Position numbers and translations under genes: made by a program. A stretch of DNA of 23,144 bases from Bacteroidota bacterium (lineage in GTDB: Bacteria > Bacteroidota > Ignavibacteria > UBA10030 > UBA8401), in assembly GCA_049317705.1 (NCBI GenBank), contig JBMOHT010000049.1:1-23144 (forward strand), given 5' to 3'. Below the pieces are notes generated by a model, which worked only from the letters and a program-made list of their open reading frames with translations, had not been told where the DNA came from and ran no database searches. This document shows, one piece after another, positions 16,235 to 23,144 of this stretch; the first letter of the stretch is position 1; each line of letters opens with the position of its first letter.

Positions 16235-18022
16235 TTAGTCATTCAGTTCCGACACTGCTGCCGATCTTCCTGCCGGGTCAGCGGCTCCCCCCTCAAGAAC
16301 TGCACGACCGCCATTCCGAAGATCCTCGCGGATATGACGAGTAAACTTGCGGCGGACCGATTGTTCTTCCGTTGCAGATACCTGGGGAAGTGAGTTGATG
16401 GTATCCTGAAGGAGGCTTCGTGATCGTGTCGGCACAGCATCAAGGAATTTCATGCGGATATTCTCCGGAGCATTCTTGAGTGCAACGGCAACCTCTTCGG
16501 CCGAATGCACACGAATGATCTTACGGATGATACTGTCATCAACAGTGCCAAGATCTTCAAAAGAGACACGATGGGAGGAAAGATGACGGTATAGATCCAG
16601 ATCAAGGGTCTTGATTGTATTGCTGATGGCTGCCTCTGCATCCTCATCGATATTATCGAGGATGTCCATCAGAAGGTCTGTTCCCTGCACCTGAACATTT
16701 TGAATGGTGGGGATATTCGACGCTTTTTCCGCAAGGGTCCGGGCAACAGCAACGAACGTATCGATCGACAGCCGGTGAAGCGCGGACAATTGCATTGCGA
16801 CGTCTGCACGGGACCTCTCCGGAAGGCTCCGCAGGATCTCTGCTGAAAGGGCCGGGTCCAACTGCGAAAGCACCATAGCGGTGATCCCGGGTGATTCATC
16901 CTTTACCAACAGAAAGAGCTGCTGCTTCGACAATTTTTTCAGATACGCAAACGGGGATTGTTCCTCTTCCGCCGTAATGGCATACTGTCTGATCTGTATC
17001 TGGTTACTGAAATATGTGAATGCTTCGTCAATCACATCCTGTGAACTGAGCGAATGATCGCTGCTCATCTTTGACAGCTGAGAGTATTCGTTCTTCGAGA
17101 CATGCTCCCGTATCACCGAGAGAAGACCGAGTCCTAATTGCGAAAGGACCGGCTGCAGTCTCTGTCGATCTTCAGGGACCGCAAGCATCTGTCTGACTGC
17201 CCCGGCGGCCGCTTCCGGCCTTCCGACCGCTGCTGAGATGATGGAATGTTTGAGACGTTCATCATCCTTAACGGAACTGACCGGACGCACAGATTCAGGA
17301 AGGATATTCACAACTTTATTCTCCAGTTCTTTCACCGATGTTCTGGACCGTTCATCGGACTGCAACTGAACACGTTCGATCTCCTGCCGGAACATCTGGA
17401 GGTTCGATTTATTCTTCCTCATCAGCACAACGGCAGCGATCACAAGCATCATTACAATTGCGGAGAGGATCCCTTCGAACGGCGTCATTGCGCCGGTGAC
17501 TGCAGTCTGAACGACCGGTCTTATGACCGGCAGAGCAGTGTCCACTAACGGTTTTGCAATGACAACCGGAATCCCTTCTATTTCCGGGAACGCCATTTCG
17601 GTGATCCTCACTCTGTCGCCCCGGGAAGGATTGAGTTTACCGCTGACGATGGCAATATTGTCCAGTAATTGAATGAGTTCCCTTTTTTGCAAGGTCATTC
17701 TCTTGTCCACCAACAGTGCAACGGAAAGACGCTCGACCGAGATGACCTTCGATCCTGCGTTCTTTTCCGATTCGAAACCTTTCACGCCGGGAAGGGCAAA
17801 GTCCTTGGCATCCTTATAATCCACAGCGGTCTCTTCCTCGATCAGCATCGCGTCGCACGAGATGAGGAATTTCAGGTCGGGGTAATACCTTCTGATCTCA
17901 TTGCCGATCCTGCTTTCCACTTCGGACTCGATCAATTGTTTCTGTCTATTCACTTCGGCAGCACCTGCCATCAAGACGTTCAACACCAGCATCACAACAA
18001 TGATGAATTTAACAGTTCTCAT
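16235..18022 (-). CDS. FliF(C-terminal part)-FliG fusion-like rotor protein
   Basis: N-terminal signal/TM (MRTVKFIIVVMLVLNVLMAGA); RLSVALLVDK...RGDRVRITEMAF matches the FliF RBM3/YscJ_FliF_C signature; second TM GILSAIVMMLVIAAVVLMRKNK; FliG-like N/M/C regions ending in FEDLGTVDDSIIRKIIRVHSAEEVAVALKNAPENIRMKFLDAVPTRSRSLLQD. Confidence 0.85.
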   Translation of the reverse strand: MRTVKFIIVVMLVLNVLMAGAAEVNRQKQLIESEVESRIGNEIRRYYPDLKFLISCDAMLIEEETAVDYKDAKDFALPGVKGFESEKNAGSKVISVERLSVALLVDKRMTLQKRELIQLLDNIAIVSGKLNPSRGDRVRITEMAFPEIEGIPVVIAKPLVDTALPVIRPVVQTAVTGAMTPFEGILSAIVMMLVIAAVVLMRKNKSNLQMFRQEIERVQLQSDERSRTSVKELENKVVNILPESVRPVSSVKDDERLKHSIISAAVGRPEAAAGAVRQMLAVPEDRQRLQPVLSQLGLGLLSVIREHVSKNEYSQLSKMSSDHSLSSQDVIDEAFTYFSNQIQIRQYAITAEEEQSPFAYLKKLSKQQLFLLVKDESPGITAMVLSQLDPALSAEILRSLPERSRADVAMQLSALHRLSIDTFVAVARTLAEKASNIPTIQNVQVQGTDLLMDILDNIDEDAEAAISNTIKTLDLDLYRHLSSHRVSFEDLGTVDDSIIRKIIRVHSAEEVAVALKNAPENIRMKFLDAVPTRSRSLLQDTINSLPQVSATEEQSVRRKFTRHIREDLRNGGRAVLEGGAADPAGRSAAVSELND

Positions 18023-18088
18023 ATGATTGCCATTATTTTGAATGAACTCTTTTCGTTTACGTACCGTAGAAAATCGCCGCCCGGAACA

Positions 18089-18775
18089 TCATGTTCCTGA
18101 ACTGCTGTAGTAATAGATGCGAATGACCACCCGACGATTATGAGCCCGTGCATTCTCCGTGTATGTTCGGGTAACAGAATCGGTCGCGGTCTGTGCAGGA
18201 CGTGTATCGGCAAATCCGACCGCCGACAATCTCTTCCTCTCAATGCCTGACGAATCCTGCAGGAACTTCAGCACCTGAAGCGACCGTGCAGCGGAAAGTT
18301 CCCAGTTGGTCTGGAATTCCTTACCGTTGATGAGCGGCTGATCGTCCGTATGCCCTTCGATCGACAGAAATGCATTGCGCGATTCGATGAATTTTTTCAG
18401 ATGCGGCGCGAGAACGATCATCGCATTGTATCCATCCTTCACAAGCGTCGCTTTCCCGATGGGGAACAAAAGATTGGACAGGAACCGCACTTCAACCCCG
18501 TCCCCCGTCATCACCACTGTCACTGCTTTGCGGAGGACCGTATCGGCACTTACCGTTTCGTTCAACTGATGAGCGATGGTTGAAAGATTCTCCTGACGGA
18601 TCTTTCCTGTGCCGGCGTCCGCCGCAAAGACATCCAATTTTGACTGATCCGGTTTGGAGATCGCCAACAGCAGTGTAAATGCGGCGATCATGGCCGTGAG
18701 AAGGTCGATATAACTTACCTTCCAATGCCCTGCATCTTCACGACTCCGTGAAGGACGTTCCCAAAGATAATTCAT
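18089..18775 (-). CDS. MotB-like stator protein with OmpA peptidoglycan-binding domain
   Basis: GHWKVSYIDLLTAMIAAFTLLLAIS matches the MotB TM with the proton-accepting Asp; GDGVEVRFLSNLLFPIGKATL; OmpA motif SIEGHTDDQPL...NWELSAARSLQVLKFL...GFADTRP. Confidence 0.93.
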   Translation of the reverse strand: MNYLWERPSRSREDAGHWKVSYIDLLTAMIAAFTLLLAISKPDQSKLDVFAADAGTGKIRQENLSTIAHQLNETVSADTVLRKAVTVVMTGDGVEVRFLSNLLFPIGKATLVKDGYNAMIVLAPHLKKFIESRNAFLSIEGHTDDQPLINGKEFQTNWELSAARSLQVLKFLQDSSGIERKRLSAVGFADTRPAQTATDSVTRTYTENARAHNRRVVIRIYYYSSSGT

Positions 18776-19623
18776 TGACGCTGCCGAGGGTCACCAGGGA
18801 CTTTCATCTTCATGGTGGTCATCGTCCGATGTGAAGGGACATAGTTCCGGAGTTTTTCCACGACATACTGGGTCCGCTTCTTCTCGTGGATCATGACAAG
18901 TCCGTCGGTGATCATCCCCTTCAGGATGAGATTCTCTGTGTTGATGGTATTGATCTTCTCAGCAATGGGCTGGAAGATGAAATTCGAGTACAGGAGTCCA
19001 TAGAGCGTGGTGGTAAATGCAATGGACATGGAATTGATGATTCCGTTGAAACCTGAAGCGGCATCGATCTTCTGTGAGAACATCTGGATGAGACCGACGG
19101 TCGTTCCCAGCATCCCGTATCCGGGCGAGAAATTCGCGGCGGTCCTCCACAGATCGTCATCGATCTGTTCGCGGTGCATCTCCGTTCTCATGCGCAGTTC
19201 GAGCATTTCCTTCACATCCTCGATCTTATACCCATTCACGAGCATCAGAAGTCCGTCCCGCAGGAACGGGAATGATATCCCGTTCGCATATTCCTCCAGC
19301 GTTTCAATATCGCCGGACTGTGTATATTCCGAAACCGTCTGAAAAACATTGATAAAATATGGATAATCGATCTTGTTACGGATGAATACCTGGTAGAGAG
19401 CCGCATGAGAGCGCGAGAATTCACGGAAGTTGTGGCTGATCAATATGGAAGCAAGAACGCCCAATGACACAAAGATGAATCCCGGAACGTGGATATACCG
19501 GCCTACCGTATCCGAGAAATACATTTCCTGGAATGATTTTACAGCACGTTCATCTGCACCGAAGACGAGCAGTACATATGCCGCGACCACGAACATGATG
19601 TAACCAAGAAATGTTGAATTCAT
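18772..19623 (-). CDS. MotA-like stator protein
   Basis: Four hydrophobic segments; RTAANFSPGYGMLGTTVGLIQMF and MSIAFTTTLYGLLYSNFIFQPIAEKI match the MotA TM3/TM4 signature; cytoplasmic SFPFLRDGLLMLVNG motif; overlaps motB-like gene by ATGA. Confidence 0.92.
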   Translation of the reverse strand: MNSTFLGYIMFVVAAYVLLVFGADERAVKSFQEMYFSDTVGRYIHVPGFIFVSLGVLASILISHNFREFSRSHAALYQVFIRNKIDYPYFINVFQTVSEYTQSGDIETLEEYANGISFPFLRDGLLMLVNGYKIEDVKEMLELRMRTEMHREQIDDDLWRTAANFSPGYGMLGTTVGLIQMFSQKIDAASGFNGIINSMSIAFTTTLYGLLYSNFIFQPIAEKINTINTENLILKGMITDGLVMIHEKKRTQYVVEKLRNYVPSHRTMTTMKMKVPGDPRQRQ

Positions 19624-19637
19624 ACTTCGTCCTTCAT

Positions 19638-20345
19638 TCAGTACATTCTCATCAGCAACGCGCGAATATTATCGAGCGTCGGATCGAGTTCAAGGGCCTT
19701 TTCCCAGGAGAGTTTCGCTTCGGCAGTCTTGTGGAGAAGAAACAGGATGGATCCTCGTACGGAATGGAACAACGAGATATTCGGTGCGATGGCGATACTT
19801 TGATCGATCTCCTGCAACGCTTCGGTATATCGTTTCACCGAAAAATACTTCTGCGCGGTATTCATGTGGACCATTGCCTTGTTGTATTTGGCGTCATCGG
19901 CGGTATATTGATTCACTGTTTGAGCACCTGCTGCTGCAGACGTATCACGGCGTTCGCGGGACTTTGCGTTCAGTGTTCGCGTTGCGATCCCAGTCACTTC
20001 TTGTTCCATCATAACATCCTTTTCTGGATCGGGTTTGAAAACCGGTCCGAATTTTCCCGAGTACGTCAGATCGAAATCGATATTCCGGTCGTTCAGGTCC
20101 AACAGAAGATCGATCGTAATCACCGGTGAACGGAGTTTCACTTCGGTCAGCGGTGACGGTGATTCCATTGTGTCCCGTAGGGACGGGACCGATCTCCCCT
20201 CTTTATCGTTTGCGATTGTATCAGGAGGACAAACAGAATCATACGTCCCCAGGGATCCCTCCCACCGGGTTCCCGAATAGAGCGGGGTGATTCCGGTGAC
20301 CAGGAAGAACAACACGAATAGATGATATCGGAATAGTATGATCAT
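19638..20345 (-). CDS. Exported TPR-repeat protein
   Basis: N-terminal signal peptide-like MIILFRYHLFVLFFLVTGITPLYSG; C-terminal TPR pattern AQKYFSVKRYTEALQEIDQSIAIAPN...AEAKLSWEKALELDPT. Confidence 0.8.
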   Translation of the reverse strand: MIILFRYHLFVLFFLVTGITPLYSGTRWEGSLGTYDSVCPPDTIANDKEGRSVPSLRDTMESPSPLTEVKLRSPVITIDLLLDLNDRNIDFDLTYSGKFGPVFKPDPEKDVMMEQEVTGIATRTLNAKSRERRDTSAAAGAQTVNQYTADDAKYNKAMVHMNTAQKYFSVKRYTEALQEIDQSIAIAPNISLFHSVRGSILFLLHKTAEAKLSWEKALELDPTLDNIRALLMRMY

Positions 20346-21532
20346 AGATAAAAGAACAGATGACCGCCGAACATCGCACCTGCGGGGTATGATTTCCCCA
20401 TTCTGATTCCGTCTTCGATCCAGAATGAATCCAATCCAAGCCCGACGATCCTGCTCAGCCGGATATTCATGCCGCCATGGTACACCGGATAGAACTGAAG
20501 CATATCAAACTGGAAATAGTATCCGGCGGCGATGTTGACCGTGATGAGTCTGCTGCCGATCTTTTCAGATTGGAGCAGTTCAAAACCAACGCCGGGTGTA
20601 CAAACAATGCCGGGGGAAGAACATCTGGGATTATATAACAGCCGTGCATCGACAAAGACATTCATCGGATCGATGATCGTGGCGACGTCGTTGAATCGAT
20701 ATCCTGTTGCTACGAACGAGTAGTGTTTGTCCGAGACATCGATGCCGCCGCTGCGGATCTTTCCTGAAAGGAACGAGAAGGTGACACCGTTCATGTCGTA
20801 TCCCGTTTTTTTCTTCAGGGAGAACAGCTCTTCCATCTTGTCCTGTTCCGTGGGCACGTATACATCGAACACGGAACGGACATATTCACGGTTCCAGATC
20901 ATGACATTGTTCAGATCATTGAGGATCAAAAATACCATGACTTGCTGTTCGGTGATAAGGATCTCGGGCGAAAGGACAGCCTGGATGTTGCGGCGTACCG
21001 CGTATTGCCGCAACTGTTCTTCCGAATAGACATTCTTCACCTGAAGTGTTGAATCATCCGCTTTAATATAGAGAGGATGAAGGTCATGACCGGAGAAGAC
21101 CGTCACCCGTTTCGACCGGGCAAGGCTTCCTTTCAGTTTGTTCTCGAAGAACGAGAGCAGGAACTGCTGATCGCTGACACTCAGATCGGTCTTCAGCAGC
21201 CATTTCAATCGCATCTTATAGATGACGAGACTGGAAATCCCCATCGGCAATTCCGCTGAGGATTCAATGATCTGCGAACTGATGGAGTCTATCACGTTCA
21301 TGTACCGTTCAAGCATCTTCTGTGAATAGATCTTCTCAACTGCAGCGGGAGCGGGATCACGAGGTTTATCGCCGGCTGCGGCGCTCAAAGGAACGGTCCA
21401 CAGAATCAATACAAGCATAACAATGGAATCAAGAATTTTCAGCAGTGGTCGCAATCGGACAGCTCTCTTTCGGTTGTTCAGTGCATTATTATCAAAGACA
21501 GCATCAATGAACGTGCCACAGAAACAGATCAC
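20342..21532 (-). CDS. Exported, probably outer-membrane-associated protein of unknown function (N-terminal extent uncertain)
   Basis: Signal-like MLVLILWTVPLSAAAGDK begins at residue 39. Alternating amphipathic C-terminus (RLITVNIAAGYYFQFDML...YPVYHGGMNIRLSRIVGLGLDSFWI...AGAMFGGHLFFYL) resembles beta-barrel strands with a terminal aromatic. ATGA overlap with the TPR gene. Confidence 0.65.
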   Translation of the reverse strand: MICFCGTFIDAVFDNNALNNRKRAVRLRPLLKILDSIVMLVLILWTVPLSAAAGDKPRDPAPAAVEKIYSQKMLERYMNVIDSISSQIIESSAELPMGISSLVIYKMRLKWLLKTDLSVSDQQFLLSFFENKLKGSLARSKRVTVFSGHDLHPLYIKADDSTLQVKNVYSEEQLRQYAVRRNIQAVLSPEILITEQQVMVFLILNDLNNVMIWNREYVRSVFDVYVPTEQDKMEELFSLKKKTGYDMNGVTFSFLSGKIRSGGIDVSDKHYSFVATGYRFNDVATIIDPMNVFVDARLLYNPRCSSPGIVCTPGVGFELLQSEKIGSRLITVNIAAGYYFQFDMLQFYPVYHGGMNIRLSRIVGLGLDSFWIEDGIRMGKSYPAGAMFGGHLFFYL

Positions 21533-21651
21533 ATTTTCCCAGCAATATCCCCAGGACTTTTTGATCTGTTTTCTTCGCGGAATGATTGCGTCAACGATTG
21601 TTCACTTTTTGGGATACTATTATTGACAAGAATATCAGAGAGGAGGGATCG

Positions 21652-21684
21652 AAAAAAAACCACCTCGCTGATGAGACGAGGTGG
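21652..21684 (-). terminator. Rho-independent terminator
   Basis: Minus strand reads CCACCTCG-TCTCATCAG-CGAGGTGG-TTTTTTTTC: 8-bp GC-rich stem (21660-21667 / 21677-21684) followed by a T8 run. Confidence 0.88.
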
Positions 21685-21810
21685 CAGGGGTGTAACATAA
21701 TAAAAAAATGATCCCGTTATTTTTGACCGGGGCGGTCAAAGAAGCGCGACACGGTTTCCTTGTCGATGAAGCATACTCTCAATTACTGCCCACGAAAATT
21801 ACCGGATTCA

Positions 21811-22224
21811 TCAATTGATGATGGTCACGATATTGCCGGATGGCGTGACAGTGCAGATAATAACCGGAAGTGTGCCGTCGGCGAAGAACGTGTTGCCCGT
21901 CCCCCGCAGCACAACCTGACCGGCAATACCGGCCGAACTGATGGTATATTCCCCGTTCCCATTATGAGAGAACGCGGTCGAGACAAGCTTTGCCATTCCC
22001 GCCGCATCCGCGGTAAGTCCGACAAAGGAATGACCGCCGCCGCCGTTCGCTGCCGGGGAAGAATAATACTGCATCGCTCTGGCGGAAAGATTCAACAAGT
22101 CCGATGCCATGGAATCGCGATTCGCCGTGATGGAATTCTCTTGAACGAGCGTGATGGCGACCGCAATGGTAACGCCGATGATGATCATACCTAAGATGAT
22201 CAGTAGAATTTGGTTCTGACCCAT
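21811..22224 (-). CDS. Small pilin-like / single N-terminal helix surface protein (137 aa)
   Basis: MGQNQILLIILGMIIIGVTIAVAITLVQENSITANRDSMASDLLNLSARAMQYY: very short leader, long hydrophobic helix continuing into an amphipathic helix as in type IV pilin-like proteins, then a Gly/Ser/Thr-rich beta-type C-terminus. Confidence 0.6.
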   Translation of the reverse strand: MGQNQILLIILGMIIIGVTIAVAITLVQENSITANRDSMASDLLNLSARAMQYYSSPAANGGGGHSFVGLTADAAGMAKLVSTAFSHNGNGEYTISSAGIAGQVVLRGTGNTFFADGTLPVIICTVTPSGNIVTIIN

Positions 22225-22268
22225 TTCATCTTCCTTTTCACTTTGGTGGATATTGAAACACTATTTCG

Positions 22269-23144
22269 TTACGACAAGAAACCTTCCAGCCGTAATTTCT
22301 CAATTGCGCACTCACACGGCGGGCATTCTGTGATCCCATTCTCTTTCCAGATCAATATTTGCTTTAGAACGTTCTTCATCTCCGACAAGAGCACTTCGCG
22401 CTCCTTTTCGATCACTTTTCTGTGCGTGATATCCCGCAGAAACGTAATTAACTTGCCCCCGTGGAAATGACGGAACTGGACACTGACCTCTACATTATAG
22501 ATGGTGCCATCCTTCCGGCGATGTATTGTCTCAAACCTGTCCTCAGATTCGATCATGACTGTGGAGAGATGTTCCATCGTTGTCTGTTCAATTTCGGATG
22601 CTTCGAGATCGAAGATGCTCATAGTGAGCAGTTCATCCTTACTGTAGCCTGACATCTCACAGTATTTCTCATTCGCTTCGAGCAATTTTCCGTTAAGGTC
22701 AACGATCCAAAATCCATCCAATGCCGATTCGATGATCTCTTTCCTCCACGCTTCCTGGTCACGGAGTTTCCTCTCGGAATATATTTTATCCAAGGCCAAA
22801 TGCCATTCACGAATGGAGCGCTGAACAATACGGTGGATCATTGCGAAGAAATCGGCAGATTTTGGGAAATAATCGAGTGCGCCGGATTTCATCATCTTTA
22901 CAGCCATCGCTTCATCCCCTTGCGATGTCAACACAATCACAGGGAATATCCCTTTGCTGATCGATATGAGAGTATCGCCGTTCCCGTCCGGCAGGAACTG
23001 GTCGGTGAACATCAGCATCGGAGCAGCTTGTCCGATCATCTCAACGGCACCGGCAATGGTACCGGAAATATGGACGCGGTACGGCTCCGGAGCTTCTTCA
23101 AGCGCTCGCTTCATTAATTCGGCGTGTTCCGGATTGTCCTCAAC
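22269..23144 (-). CDS. REC-PAS protein, 5' end beyond the window
   Basis: The annotated ATG at 23114 is internal: the same frame stays open to the edge and reads VEDNPEHAELMKRALEEAPE, the start of a receiver domain. Further REC motifs LMFTDQFLPDGNG, PVIVLTSQG, ALDYFPKS, then PAS (IIESALDGFWIVDLNGKLLEANEKYCEMSGYSKDELL...FLRDITHRK). Confidence 0.88.
   Translation of the reverse strand, partial: VEDNPEHAELMKRALEEAPEPYRVHISGTIAGAVEMIGQAAPMLMFTDQFLPDGNGDTLISISKGIFPVIVLTSQGDEAMAVKMMKSGALDYFPKSADFFAMIHRIVQRSIREWHLALDKIYSERKLRDQEAWRKEIIESALDGFWIVDLNGKLLEANEKYCEMSGYSKDELLTMSIFDLEASEIEQTTMEHLSTVMIESEDRFETIHRRKDGTIYNVEVSVQFRHFHGGKLITFLRDITHRKVIEKEREVLLSEMKNVLKQILIWKENGITECPPCECAIEKLRLEGFLS

Noticed and set aside
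16235-18022. Magnesium transporter MgtE N-domain protein
   Set aside because: The MgtE_N fold resembles FliG, but this ORF has no CBS pair or MgtE channel domain, has a FliF-type RBM3 signature, and is adjacent to motAB-like genes.
16235-18022. Type III secretion (SctJ) component
   Set aside because: No lipobox or other T3SS gene in the window; the C-terminal half is FliG-like.
18089-19623. Zorya-type anti-phage system (ZorA/ZorB are MotA/MotB-like)
   Set aside because: The MotA-like protein lacks the long cytoplasmic tail expected of ZorA, and no ZorC/ZorD-like or nuclease/helicase gene is adjacent; the neighbour is a FliF-FliG-like protein instead.
18089-19623. TolQR/ExbBD-type energiser
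   Set aside because: The larger OmpA domain, MotB GHWKVSYID motif and four-TM MotA layout with the PGYGMLGTTVGL signature fit MotAB better.
21722-21740. Hairpin TTTGACC-GGGGC-GGTCAAA as a second terminator
   Set aside because: The stem is present, but there is no proper T-tract on the minus strand; the nearby 21652-21684 structure is a much better terminator.

Overview
Nearly all supportable genes in this window lie on the minus strand, and many are tightly packed with ATGA stop/start overlaps. From the right edge, in the direction of transcription, they are: a response-regulator/PAS protein cut by the window edge; a small pilin-like N-terminal-helix protein followed by a rho-independent terminator; and a secreted/outer-membrane-like protein plus a TPR protein. 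Next come MotA-like and MotB/OmpA-like stator proteins, then a single polypeptide that reads as a minimal FliF (RBM3-like region, TM and C-tail) fused to an apparently complete FliG. After these come a MerR/CarH-LitR-architecture regulator with an apparently lost cobalamin motif and a large two-component cluster. That cluster holds a pseudo-receiver, a REC-HATPase lacking the phospho-acceptor His, a stand-alone REC, a 1865-aa multi-PAS/GAF hybrid kinase, a REC-PAS3-HATPase with a degenerate H-box, a sigma54-type AAA+ regulator with an altered Walker B, and a REC protein. The left end carries three fold-back (inverted repeat) intergenic elements, a DUF2723-type membrane protein and a truncated tRNA-Thr(TGT). 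The most interesting candidate is a compact, possibly non-flagellar rotary module (MotA + MotB + FliF-FliG fusion) next to, and possibly governed by, an unusual phosphorelay network with more receivers than competent kinases. All homology calls come from reading motifs in the translations; no database search was run.
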